Origin: Octopus sinensis
Taxonomy: Eukaryota
Direction: 5' to 3'
NCBI RefSeq assembly: GCF_006345805.1
Contig: NC_042997.1
Span: 143,344,001 to 143,408,000 of the forward strand
DNA: 64,000 bases
Shown piece after piece: positions 12,904 through 25,527 of the stretch (position 1 is the first letter of the stretch; each line of letters starts with the position of its first letter). A program made the position numbers and the translations under genes. Under the pieces are notes generated by a model. The model was given only the letters and a program-made list of their open reading frames with translations. It was not told the DNA's origin and did no database searches.

Positions 12904-13069
12904 ATATAGACAATGAGAGAGGTTTTTATGTGGTTTACTTAACTGATATCAAGAGCAGCCAAGTCTCTTTCAAATTGGACTTATTTGCTGCAGACATCAT
13001 TCTAAATCAAGGCTGACTTTGTAGCAGGAGCAACATGATAAAACAGATGGTTCGTCAACGTTGGCGTCG

Positions 13070-13376
13070 TCATCATCATCATCATCATCATCATCATCAG
13101 TACCATCATCATCATCATCATCATCATCATCGTCATCATTGTCATCATCATCATCATCATCGTCATCATTGTCATCATCATCATCGTCGTCGTCGTCGTC
13201 ATCGTCGTCATCATTATCATCATCATCGTCGTCATCATCGTCGTCGTCATCGTCATCATCATCGCCATCATCATCGTCATCATCGTCATCATCTTCATCA
13301 TCGTCATTGTCATCATCGTTGTCGTCGTCGTCATCATCATCACCATCATCATCTGCAGCAGCAGCAGCAGCAGCAG
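13070..13376 (+). repeat. (CAT/CGT)n plus (CAG)n microsatellite
   Basis: Seen directly. Confidence 0.95.
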
Positions 13377-14034
13377 CTTAGAAACAGATATATGATAGCA
13401 AAAGGGTAGTAAATGTCAATGTAATACTGCTAGTTGAGGTTGAAGATTTTACATAAATATATGAATATGATGGACAAGTAGAGAGCTATTGCTGTAGTTG
13501 CTGTGGTTATTGTTAAGCCACAGGTCATTGTTAATTAAAGTAGGCCTATGGTCAAAGGTATTCTAGCTATCACAATACTATTTTCGTTTTTTAATATCCA
13601 GATCATCATTGTGTTTATGGTTGTGGGGTGTGATTTGAGGGAGATTTGGTTACTCTTTCTTGCAGGTCAGGCGAACACATAAAGGCTCCCTTATTGGCTC
13701 AAGTACAAGTAGAAGAAAGTCATCATCACTGTTGCCGTTGCCATTGTTGTTGTCTTCTTCTTCTTCGTCCAATCAGGACACACGTCATTAGCCACAAAGA
13801 ATAATCTCTAATTCGAGCCTACTCTAAGCTACCAAGAATGCGTGTGGCTACTTGAAGATCCACCCACCACATGCAATAGACTGGTGGTTGCACGGGCACG
13901 AAAGCTACGTTGTTATCCTGATTCCGTAAACAGTGGCTTTTAATGGGTGGAGAGCTGAACCATCCTAGGGCACAGAGGATTCTCAATCTAGACTAGACTA
14001 GGGTCTGAAAGTTTACCACACCATAGTGGGTTAC

Positions 14035-14250
14035 ACCATGGTTCCTCTGCTTTGTGGCAGAAGTAGGAAGAAAGAGTGAGAGAAAATTGTGGTGAATGAG
14101 TATAGAGGGGTTCCACCACCCCCACCGGAGCGTCATGGAGCTTAGGTGTTTTTGCTCAATAAACACTCACAATGCCCAGACTGGGAATCAAAACCATGTT
14201 CGTACGACTGCGAGTCCACTGCCCTGACCACTGGGCCTTTGTGCCTCCAC
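14035..14250 (-). mobile_element. tRNA-headed SINE family C
   Basis: Reverse complement reads gtggaggcacaaaggcccagtggtcagggcagtggactcgc...; second copy at 55115-55400. Confidence 0.8.
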
Positions 14251-15189
14251 TTGTTGTTGTTGTTGTCAGCTAGCAGCTAGCATCCATATTTCATACTGGT
14301 TTGGATTGGATGGTTCGACAGGGTTTAGCTGGTCAAAGGACTGTGTTCAGCTCCAATGCCTGTTTTGATATGGTTTCTATGTCTGGATATCCCTTTCTAA
14401 TGTCTACCATTTTACAAAATGTACTAGATACTTTTTTTGTTTCACCAGCACCAGAGACATCATCAAGTAGCTCACAAGACAAGGCTCTGTCTGAGGGTGG
14501 GTTGCATTGAGGAAGGTGGCTTATGCCAGGGGTTGAAAGGCAAGAATATAATAGAAGGACAAGAAGAGGTGTCTTGCTGTAGAGGAGATACATGGCTACT
14601 CCAGCTGGAAAAGGAGAGAAGATAGTGACAATGAGGTATTAGGATGTACCCTCAAGGTACATAAAGGTAAATGTGAGAGGGGTGGGGACATGAGCAGGGG
14701 GTTTAGGTGGAGAGGGACAGAGTGGTCAGTGATTATGCTCCCAGCAGGTTGAAAGTGCAAGCCAGGTTTAGTTCAGATTATTTCTTTTCATTCCCCTTAC
14801 AGAAAACTTCCATCTTCAATTAACAAGTATTTTTTTCCTTATATGAAATAACATTATCCAAATAAAATGGTTTGAATATTGTAATTCCATTTCTCCACTA
14901 TCACTAGTACTGAAATCAGTGAAGTTAATCTCACATTGATGGATATGGCAGATTAAGAATAATAACCAAGCATTAAGATCCAGCTATCTGAGATCAGTAT
15001 TTATTTATTTGACCTTTATATGTAAGACATAAATATCTCATGTGATATATATTATCAATGTACAATGGAAATCATAAACATGAGGAATAGACTGATCTTA
15101 TATAAGATTTCTGAATTATCTGGAAACCAGAAATATTATATAGTATAGCCATCCTGCAGTCACAAGTGAGTATGACTCATTAATATATA

Positions 15190-15690
15190 GGTGCCAATGT
15201 GGTCACGAATGGCCCCTAAAAAAACTGGATGTTGTTTGGAAATCAACCTTGCAGATAGTGTTAAGAGGAATTTTTTCCATGCAACATTAGAGTCAGTTCT
15301 TTTATATGGAGCAACAGCCTGAATTCTTACCAAACAACTGGAATCCAAACTAGATGGAACTTATATCTGAATGTTAAGAGCAGTCTTAAACATATCTTGG
15401 AGAACTCATCCCACCAAGAAACAGCTGTATAGAGATGTCCAGCCTGTTTCTACTATTATAAGGGAAAGGTGCTTGTGCTTTGCGGGACATTGCTGGTGAG
15501 CTAAACAAGTGCTAGCAAGTGACCTACTGCTATGGCTATCAAAGCATGGCTGTACTTGAGCAGATAGTCTGAACACAACATATGTAGATCAACCGACCAG
15601 AGATACTGGATGCCTCTCTGTAGACCTCCCTCAACTAATGCAGGACCGAAATGGATGGTGTGTGTGGCTTAAAAATGCCTGGACAAGCTT
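15190..15690 (+). pseudogene. Decayed RTE-clade LINE, RT C-terminus (second family)
   Basis: ESVLLYGATA*ILTKQLESKLDGTYI*MLRAVLNISWRTHPTKKQLY..FAGHCW, with stops. Confidence 0.8.
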
Positions 15691-16989
15691 AACCAGATAA
15701 TTATAAAACTGCAGGGGTTTTGGTCAAGGACACAATGCACCACCCAGTCTAGGAATTGAACCCATGGCCTTTAAAGCATGAACTGAATACTCTTATCCAT
15801 TAAGTCCTGTACCTTCACTGACCAGAAATACATTTTATTTACTGAACTTAATTTGTGATCTTATTTAAAGTCTTTTGTCCAATCATATCTTGGCATCTTA
15901 GAATGAAAAAATGGAAAGACACCTTGAATGGTCTTTGATCCTAAATACAATCCCTGAAAATAAGATGTGCTGGTTAAGACTAGAATGCATAAAATTGTCA
16001 GTTTGCTCAATTAGAGTTGACTCAGCACTAAGTAGTAATAACAACAACAACAACCAGCTTTAATTATGCTATTCTACTGCTTCACTGACTTAACTCTCTC
16101 TCCAAGATGTTAGCCTGCAATTGGTCGAGAAAGGTCACGTGGTATAGTGGTTTGATGTTAGCATTTCAGCGACAACAATTAGTTATAGAATACTGCATGG
16201 TGAATAGGAAATTGACTACGTAGTGAACAGAAAGTTGACTTCATAGTGGGCAAAAAATCAGTTGTGTAGTTGGGGGGAAGTAGATGTGGAGGTATATATA
16301 TCATATGTGTATGTGTTTGAATTCTTTTATTCTTTTACTGTTTCAGTCATTTGATTGTGGCCATGCTGGAGTGTGGTTTTAGTCAGACAAAATTCTTAAG
16401 CCTAGTACTTATTCTATTGGTCTCTTTTGCTGAACCACCAAGTTATGGGGATGTAAACATACAAACACCAGTTGTCAAGCAGAGATGGGGCACAAACACA
16501 GACACAAAGACACACATGCGTGTGCGCGTGCACACACACACACACATGTGCGTGCATGCACACACACACACACACACACGATGGACTTTTCCGTTTCCGT
16601 CTACCAAATCCACTCACAAGGCTTTGGTCAGCCCTAGGACTGAACTCAGAACCATGTGGTTAGGAAGCAAGCTTCTAACCACACAACCACTTCTGCACCT
16701 TATATATATATATAGTAAATTCAAAAAAAGAAGGACAAACACAAAAAAGACATAACAACATGAGAACATGATACATGTAAAGTATTAGCCGAAGCTCAGG
16801 GAAGGAAAGAAAGATGGTTTAACATTTCAAGCAACGCTCTTCTTCAGAAACAGAGGAAAGTCCAATAGAAAGGAAGACAGAGGAAGGCGAGTCGGCAAAA
16901 TCGTTAGAACACTGGACAAAATGCTTAGTGATATCTCACCTGTCATTCCGTTCTGAGTTCGAATATATATACAGGTTCAAATATATATA

Positions 16990-17108
16990 CAAAAGTCGCC
17001 ATACATAAGAATAATTTATTTTTTTATAAGAAACAATTATTTTATTTAACTGTTTCTTATAAAAAATAAAAGATTTTTCCTATGTATGGTGACTTGAATC
17101 ACCCTGTA
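16990..17108. mobile_element. Small Tc1-type hairpin MITE
   Basis: aagtcgccatacataag vs cctatgtatggtgactt inverted; right end caccctgTA. Confidence 0.65.
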
Positions 17109-17229
17109 TATGTACACACATGCACATGCACACACACACATACTCACACACATACATACACACACACAACAGTAAAGATAGTCAGTGCCAATTTAAAGGA
17201 ATATAAGATGAGAGCAAGAGCAAAAATAA

Positions 17230-18060
17230 ATCTGGGCAACTGAGTTGTCTTGTAGCTTGGCATTTGGAGAGGCAAGTTTATGCCATCAAACAGAATAAGT
17301 TACTGGATAAATGGACTGGTTAGACTACTCAAGGTCTGGTGTGGTCCAGATCTCCAGATGGACAAGAATTAGAATGAGATTATAAGTGGAAATGGGACTA
17401 AATGGAAACTGTCCTTGAAATGTTGAGCCAAAATAGCGAATGCCTATATTGCTTCCATTATAACTCACCATCTGACTGTTATGCTTTACCTCAAACCCAA
17501 TCTGATGAGATTAGAGTGTTTGCTCTTCCACTTTAGGGGACATGTACCTCTGGAAGGCAGCCTTCGCATGCTATGATTGCTGATGTGCTGAATGTGATTG
17601 GACTGTGCTACCTGCAGATTTTCCAATACAGTGAGCTGGTGTGGTCCTTGTTTGTAAGGCATACTTTTCTACTGCTTAACACTTGGACAGAGTATCAAGA
17701 AAAAAAATCAAGTCTGGGCACCTGGCATCTTGAATATTATCAGACACTCACTGCTCTTTATCATTTGGGTGATTCCACAGAGAACTATTTGTAAATGATG
17801 ATATTGCTGGGGAATCTCTTGGTGTCAATCAAAATGAAGTGGCTGGTCTGTTTTGGAGGATTTTCAGCTTGGTGACTACTGTGAATATTTTCCAGAAACC
17901 TTTGGCCTGGCAGTGCTACTGAGGTAATTACAAGTTAGACATAAACTCTTCAAGCATGGGAGCATCACGATGCAGGACTATCTGAGATGCATACAGAATA
18001 ACAAATTGCACTGCATGCTAGAAATAGCAGCCAGATGTGTCTCCAATCATACTTCATCTT
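17230..18060 (+). pseudogene. Highly decayed L1/Tx1-type LINE, post-RT region
   Basis: IANAYIASIITHHLTVM..LMRLECLLFHFRGHVPL; homologous to the inverted relic at 21190-21835. Confidence 0.6.
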
Positions 18061-18299
18061 TAAAAAAAAGGGAAGATGTATTAGATGAGGTTTACATATA
18101 ATATGTCCGAAAGAAAAAATAACAATGATGGGATGTTCATGGGTAGAATATCTTTGATAATAGGTCTGTGAGTACTCGGTCAGTACTGACATGAGACTAA
18201 ACAATTACATCATTATATAGGCATAGGTGTAGTTAAGAAGCTTGCTTCACAACCATGTAGTTTGGGGTTCAGTCCCACTGTGTGGAATCTTTGGCAACT

Positions 18300-18790
18300 A
18301 TCTTTTACTATAGCCCTGGGTCTTCTACTACAAGCTCCGTTTTCTGCCACTGTCCTGGTCTAATTCCAGCTTCTCCACCCTTCTTGTCTCCTTTCTTTGT
18401 CAATGGTCCTTTGCCATGTAGTTTAAGGGTGCATTGCTGTTCTTTTCCCCAACAGGCTGTCACTTTAGTGCCACCATAGAATAGCTTTTTCAATTTTGTC
18501 TGAGGGCATGTCCAATCCAGTTCCAGCATCTGCATCTTATTTCATCACTTATCCTGTTGATGTCCGTTGTCATCTCAATTGTGTCATTTCGGACTCTTTG
18601 CAACCACTTGATGCCGAGCATTCTCCTTAAGTATGGGAAATGGAAGTTGCCCATAGTTTTTTTCTTCCATTTTTGTCACCTTCCTGATTTCACACCTGTA
18701 GAGTTATACTGGTCAGATCAATGTCTTGAACAGCCTCAGCTTCGTTTTGAAGCCTTTGCCTTTACTTTTCCATACCTTTGTTAGATTGTA
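18300..18790 (-). pseudogene. Decayed RTE-clade LINE, RT C-terminus (third family)
   Basis: KLRLFKTLI*PV*LYRCEIRKVTKMEEKKL; downstream frameshifted WNWIGHVL-like and GRP..TW-like motifs. Confidence 0.7.
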
Positions 18791-19267
18791 AAAAACTCTC
18801 CAGGATATTCTGTTCTTTATATCTTTAAATATGTTGAACAATGTACTCTTAGATATACATAAAAAAATCTAGAAGGTCATGGCTGGAACGTCTTTGAATG
18901 AAGCTGACTTGGGGTTATTACTACATCATCATAATAAACATCACTATTACAACTACTACAAAGACTACCACCACCACCACCACCACCATTGCCCTCTCTT
19001 CCCATAACAACCATCCACCTTACGCTCATAGTAAGTCTCTCAAAAAACAATGATAAATAGCCACATCAAGTCATTATCAAGTTAAACAATTAGTACCAAA
19101 ATACATAGCCAATGAACTAATTAATAAGTGAAATGATGTTAACGAACATAACAAAGTTGCTAAAGCAATGATCCTTCGTTAATATAATTAATGAATGTAG
19201 TCTGTCTAAGAAGTGAGACATGAATTTATAACTCTGCTAATAACAGACCAGATTAGCTTAATCTTAC

Positions 19268-19326
19268 TGAGTATTGCATCAGATTTGTTTAATTTGATTG
19301 GAATGGTAGAATCTGGTTTAATCTGT
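19268..19326 (-). other. Exon-like segment, possibly coding
   Basis: Acceptor aattacttttgcag, donor TCA|gtaaga; 59 nt; one open frame QIKPDSTIPIKLNKSDAIL. Confidence 0.3.
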
Positions 19327-19394
19327 CTGCAAAAGTAATTTGGTTGCAGCAAACAGGAAATCAATATTTATTGATAGTGATTGAAGAGTTTAAC

Positions 19395-19462
<68 letters not shown>

Positions 19463-19491
19463 TATTATTATTAGTATTATTACAATTATTA

Positions 19492-19558
<67 letters not shown>

Positions 19559-19885
19559 TGAGTGAGAGAGCAGTACACATCATCAAAGTGATCCTGGAGT
19601 ACATATATACTAAGCCCAATAGATACCCATCATAACTACTCGTCTGATAAGAGTACATCAGGCACATGCATCACCACCATAAGTGTGTGACATGGTGATC
19701 TCATATCAAGATAAACAGCGCATGAGCTTGCAAGTGGGACCCAGTTAGAATTTTCTTCATGTCGCTTAACCTATCCTGCTCAAAAGGTCCCTGAATAAGG
19801 TTTGTTTAAGGATGATGAATGAAACATGTATGTTACCAGAGGTGAATTATTCAAACCCCCCAAAATCCCTCTCAATACACAGCAT
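19395..19885 (-). mobile_element. Retroposon 3' segment with long (AAT)n tail
   Basis: Inverted homolog of 1700-2290; (ATT)n at 19395-19560. Confidence 0.75.
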
Positions 19886-19995
19886 TATACTGGAATATAT
19901 TTTTGCTAATTCAGTTTTATTAAAAACCTATTTTTTCAACTTATAGCAAATTTTAGAAACTTCTATCTATATTTCTTTATTTAAACTTATAACTG

Positions 19996-20043
<48 letters not shown>

Positions 20044-20594
20044 ATCCTTTCTACTATAGGCATAAGGCCTGACATTATTTGGACAGGTGACTAGTTGATT
20101 ACATAGACTCCAATGTTTCACTGGTACTTAATTTATCGACCCTGTAAGGATGAAAGGCAAAGTTGACTTCGGTGGAATTTGAACTCAGAACATAGAGATG
20201 GATGAAATGCCTCTCGCTAAGAATTTTGTCTGGCATGCTAATGATTCTGCCAGCTCACCACTTTAAGGTTTAATAATAATGATGATGATAATGACGACGA
20301 CAACGATGATGATGATTCATTATTTTCAAAATTAATTGAAACAGAGGAATTGTATTTCAACAGAAATAGGATAACAAAAGGGTTAAAGAAATAACTTAAG
20401 ACAATATTAAAGAAATCAATATTGTAAAGTAAATTAATGTGATGCAGAGTTGAGAAGGATCACTAGATAAGGTATTGGATTACATGCTCATAGGTCATGA
20501 ATTTAAAAGTTCAAATCTGCTGCATGCTTTTCAGTGTGTTTCAAAAAGAAAGAAAAAATATTATTGTTGAATGCCTCATTTCATCTATCTGTTG

Positions 20595-20678
20595 TGTCAA
20601 ATCATCTGGAACATCTGTTAAATCATCTGGAGTATATGTCAAATCAAATGGAATATGTGTTAAATCTCTAGGAATGTT
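20595..20678. repeat. 4 x 21-bp degenerate tandem repeat
   Basis: tgt(c/t)aaatc......gga... units at 20595, 20616, 20637 and 20658. Confidence 0.8.
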
Positions 20679-21189
20679 ACTTGTGATAGACCAGCATCTT
20701 ATCCAGGAAGGCTATATATCTTGACCATTCAAACCATGAATACAGAGTTAAACACTAACTCTTATACCTGACCCTGCTCCTGAACTAAACCCTGGTTCTT
20801 ATTATGTCTTTGTCCTTCAATCTCCAGAGGACTTTTGGAGAAGACATCTTTTTATAACAAAGGTAGAATTGCCAAGGGTAATTTCTGCTATAACCAAATG
20901 TTTTTTAGTATTTACTTTTCTTCCCTTGTTTATCTGAGTTAAACATTACTATCAACTTCGACTTGTATTAAACTGCAGAGTGATAAGATAAATATCAGTC
21001 ATGTACTGGGAATTGACTCTGCCAACAATATTCTACTCAACAAAATTGTGGCCTTGTATCAATGTCAAAAATTTCCACTTGTTATCAATAATATGCATTC
21101 ACTATTTGTGCTTAGAACATATTTGAAAACATTTGTGTATCCGTATATTTGCGACAGCACATTGATTTTATATTAACAAATCTTTTAGG

Positions 21190-21835
21190 GTGATTTTCCT
21201 TTTGTAATGATTAATATTACAAATTCATTTGTTATATAATATTTTAGATTGAGTTTCTGATTAAGATGGTTTAATTTATCCACTCTTGCCATTTTTACCA
21301 ATTTCACCCATCTTTCAATAAATTCAGTCAGAGACAAGAAGTCTCTTTCCAACCATACCTTCCCTTTCAAGTGAAACTTGAAAGTCAGTGAAGATTCTAC
21401 CAAAGAGGCAAGTTTCTTTCTTCATACCCATCAGCCTCATCTTCTATGCAACCTCTTTTGCTATAGCCACCAGAGAGAAGAAAACTGCTTTCCTGCTCAG
21501 TTAGAGAAGGGCACTGGTGTAGTCATCACTATAGACTTGGCTGTAGGCTGGATCTGTTCAACATGTGACAGCTACAGTTTGACAATTCCACAAGTCAGAA
21601 ATGCCCAGACACTGAATGAATGTGCACAAAACTGTTTTGTTGCTCTGTGCACATCTTTGTCAGGCCTGTCTGATTGCACTTCTATGTCTGAAGAGTTCAT
21701 GCTGAACTAGTAGTGCCTTTTGGTAGAACTGCCAGGCCAAGGACTACTAGAGATTATCCATGATAGTCCCTGGTTAGAAAGTTCTCTGAAACAGACTAGT
21801 CTGTTTGTTTCCATACCACTTTTTATTTATAGCTG
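21190..21835 (-). pseudogene. Decayed L1/Tx1-type LINE 3' end
   Basis: C-terminal FKFHLKGKVWLERDFLSLTEFIERWVKLVKMARV. Further RT-like remnants at ~22600-22900 beyond the CR1 insertion. Confidence 0.6.
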
Positions 21836-22074
21836 TGGTGATGAGAGGCAATGCTTAGTGTTATTTAGCTAATGATTGGTCAGAACTAATTACTTATCTA
21901 GAGCTGTATTATTGGCAGATCTGTATTCACATTTATCTAGAGCTGTATTTATAGAGCACTATTGCTGACAAATAAGTACCACATTCTTCTAGAGCTGACA
22001 GGCAGTACTCACTTTAGCAAACTGCAGCCTGTGGGACTTTCTGAATGGCATACCAATGAATAACCTTGATTTTA

Positions 22075-22492
22075 CTTAGTAGACGTGCAACCAAACGCAT
22101 ACCCTCCATCAGACACCTACCATATTCTGAGCGCCTTGTTTCCCTGGGCATGGATTCACTGAAGCTCTGGCATCTGGCGACGGACTTGGTAAACACCCAC
22201 AAAGTTATCAACCACCTCACCAACAACAACACTGAACACCTTTTTGATCTCCATGTGTCTAACACACGTGGACATGCCTACAAAGTCAGAAAACAACACA
22301 GCTCCCATGACTTTTGGAAACATTTTTTCACGCTCAGAGTTGCTGAAGCATGGAATAAACTGCCTGCGTCAGTTGTTGACTGCCATGACACTGCATCCTT
22401 TAAGGCCCTCATGCTTTCCGAAATTTGCCGAAACTACACCTGATTATATATACACTTTAGATGAGTTGTAGTGCACCTGAGCACTGTACACA

Positions 22493-22537
<45 letters not shown>
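22075..22537 (+). mobile_element. 5'-truncated CR1-clade LINE with (ATT)n tail
   Basis: RRATKRIPSIRHLPYSERLVSLGMDSL..TRGHAYKVRK..HFFTLRVAEAWNKLP is a typical CR1 RT C-terminus. Confidence 0.9.
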
Positions 22538-23031
22538 GTGCATTCACCTTAAAAACATTTGTGCATAACTGCTTTAGAGCTATATTGCTGACAAACCAGT
22601 TCTTACAGTTGTCCTACTATTATGAATTCAATCACATTAGATTCTTGATCACTGATTCATGAAATCTTATATCCTTGTCATTTGTCTGTGGCCAAAGAAA
22701 ATATTTATTAAAATCTGTTGACTAAGGAAAACACCTATGCTCCTCATAATGGCTGAACCACCCTATAGTTTCTGTCCAGTCAGTATTATCCACTCTGTTG
22801 TTCAGTGAGAACTCCTAGATATCCACAAAGCTAGTACTGTGGGTCCATGAGCTGAATTTGAAATTTGTTGAGTAAACAGGTCTTTTGAAAGCTTGAAGTC
22901 CATGGAAAAATTCATTTAAATAAAAGAGCTCCTTGGTAGAGAAAAAGTTGGGAATGTCTGCTAGACATCATTTCCTGACCTGCTAGAAATAACAATTTTT
23001 AGAAATATGTATTTATAGCAGGCCTTACAAT

Positions 23032-23200
23032 TATACGAGGGGGTGCTGAAAAGTTCCTGGCTTTAAGGATATTGTGAAAGGCCTGGTTGGTGGCTTAGCC
23101 TTCCAAGTTCTTTTACAGGGCTTAGAAAAACTGAAGGACTGCTGCAATAAGTATGTGAATCTGAGAGGGGAATATGTCGAATAAAATCATAATTATTTGA
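23032..23200 (+). mobile_element. Internally deleted mariner relic
   Basis: TA+cgagggggtgctgaaaagttcc mariner-type TIR followed by a transposase tail (..GEYVE*). Confidence 0.7.
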
Positions 23201-23385
23201 GGGTGAATATTTGAAATATCTAGCTAGTTAGATAGAAATAAATAGATGGGCAGAAAGATTGATAGAAAGACTGGAAGATAGATAGACATACACACACAAA
23301 GAGATGCATAGAGAGAGAGGGAGACAGAGAGAGACATAAGTAGATATAACCATCATCATTTAATGTCTGTTTTCCATGCTGGTAT

Positions 23386-23612
23386 GGTGAGCTGGCAGGA
23401 ACGTTAGCACGCCGCGAAATGCTTAGCGGTATTTCGCCTGCGGCTACGTTCTGAGTTCATATTCCGCCAAGGTCGACTTTGCCTTTCAGCTTTTCGAGGT
23501 CGATTAAATAAGTACCAGTTACGCACTGGGGTCAATATAATCAACTTAATCTGTTTGTCTGTCCTTATTTGTTCTCTCTGTGTTTAGCCCCTTGTGGGTA
23601 GTAAAGAAATAG
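23386..23612 (+). mobile_element. tRNA-headed SINE family B, nested in an RTE tail
   Basis: ggtgagctggcaggaacgttagcacgcc...gttctgagttcatattccgcc...gccccttgtgggtagtaaagaaata. Other copies at ~20050, 24510, 24860, 34950, 36235, 42300, 46125-46720 and 49820. Confidence 0.85.
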
Positions 23613-24282
23613 GTATGGGTTGGATGCTTTGACCAGAGCCAGCAATGCTAGGAGCTGTACCAGCTTCCATAGTCTGGTTTGGCTTGCTCTCTACAGCTGG
23701 ATTCCTTTCCTAATGCTAACCACTCCACAGAGTGTACTGAGTGTCTGTTATGTGTCACCAGCACCTGTGCTTTTTACATGGCACTATTACCATTCCTTTT
23801 TATGTGGCACCAGCGGCAATGTTTTCTACATGGTACCAGCACCAGTGCTTTTTATGTGGTGCTAGCACCAGTGTCGTTTGGGTGTTAGAGGATGAAATGT
23901 GGGTGACAGGGCAAAGCCCCTCATGACACCCATTACCAAGGTGGTTTTAGGATATCAATTCTGTCATGGTGAGTGAGTCTTCTTGAGTACAACAATGTGT
24001 CATATATCTTGGTCCTTTGTCATCTCCCTTTGTAGATATGTAGATACAATTTGGCAGAAGGACAGCCACATTAGGTAGAAAAGAGAGAGATAGGGAAAAC
24101 TGGAGTGTGAGCGAGAGAGTGAGAGAGAGGGAGTGAAAGAGAGAATCAATGAGGGGAAAAAACAAAGAGAAATATTCGAATAACAAAGGAAATGACTTAA
24201 ATTGAAAATAAATAAATAGTTGGTTATAATATGAGTGTGCACATGTGTCTGTGGAACAGAGAGAGGGAGAGAGAGAGAGAGA

Positions 24283-24460
24283 GAGTAATGATTCTGTGTT
24301 TAAGGTTTTACAAGGGGAGGAGGAGAAAGAAAGAGAAAGAGGGAGAGTAAGAGTGAGTAATGATTCTGTGTTTAAGGTTTTACAAGGGGAGGAGGAGAAA
24401 GAAAGAGAAAGAGGGAGAGTAAGAGTGAGTAATGATTCTGTGTTTCAAGTTTTACAAAGG
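24283..24460 (+). repeat. 72-bp tandem repeat, ~2.5 copies
   Basis: Two identical units starting gagtaatgattctgtgtttaagg plus a diverged partial third. Confidence 0.9.
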
Positions 24461-25527
24461 CAGAAATAATTTTGAATTGTGTTGAAAAATTCTGCTGAAT
24501 TTTGTTTTATTCTTTTCTACTCCAGACACAAGGCTTGAAATTTTAGGGGAGGGGGCCTGTTGATTAGATCAACCTCAGTATGCAACTGGTACTTAATTTG
24601 TCAACTCCAAAAGGATGAAAGGCAAAGTTGACCTCAGCAGAATTTGTACTCAGAACATAAAAACAGACGAAATACCGCTAGGCATTTTGCCTGGTGTGCT
24701 AACGTCTCTGCCAGCTTGTTGCCTTGAAGTTTACTTATAAATAATAATGGCAGTGCCCCAGCACTAACTGAAACTGATAACAGAATAATAGAATATATTA
24801 CAGATATCTGATGGGAATATTTATAGTAAATAAGGGTTAGAATTTATTAACCTAGAAATATTGGTTTCAAATTTTCACACAAGACCAGCAATTCTGGGGA
24901 AAGGGGCTAGTCGCTTACATCACCCATAGAGTTCAATTGGTACTTATTTTATCAACCCCAAAAGGATGAAAGGCAAAGTCAACCTTGGTGAAATTTGAAC
25001 TCTGAACATAGAAATGGACAAAGTGCCATTAAGCATTTTGCCTGGCATGTTAGCAATTCTGCCAGCTTGTCACCTTGTATTAATTTAGAAATATTTCATA
25101 GTCTTTGGGCAGTGTTTAATTTTATAAGGTAATAATTTAGTTGACAATGTATTGACTCATCAAAGAGATAAATGGATTATGTGAATCAAAATTGAATCAA
25201 AATTAGAGCGGGAAAAAAGCTGTTTTGATTAACGATTAATTTAAGCGAGGGTCTGATTAGTTGTTGCGGATGTGTATTTGTCAGGTAAATGATTTGATCT
25301 GAGACTGTTGAAATTAAAGTAATTACAGCCTGAAAGACATATTAACCATTCAAAAACACATAAATATTGATAACTTCACTTTTATTATTTGATGTCAAAA
25401 TTTTCATAATATCAGCTGTGAGCTGGTTATCAATGCAGTTTCACTGATTAATTATTGATCACGTTAAATTCTTTGATGATAGGAATCTGCCTGAAACTCC
25501 CTAGTTCTGTGGTACAAAACTGCCTGT

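Noticed and set aside
161-13409. Long poly-His/Ser/Met/Ile/Tyr ORFs (e.g. 161-542, 9471-10032, 13002-13409; also 19344-19667)
   Set aside because: They are translations of (CAT)n, (ATT)n, (TA)n and (CA)n microsatellites with no coding signal.
16118-16145. ATTGG...GTCACGTGG as an ER-stress element or promoter
   Set aside because: Order and spacing do not match ERSE/ERSE-II and there is no supporting CpG island or exon.
16811-16860. Hammerhead-like motifs (CTGAAGA-stem-GAAA on minus here; also ~30712-30745 and ~13878-13910)
   Set aside because: Stem II is plausible but stem I does not pair or core bases are mutated; at most decayed Penelope-like termini.
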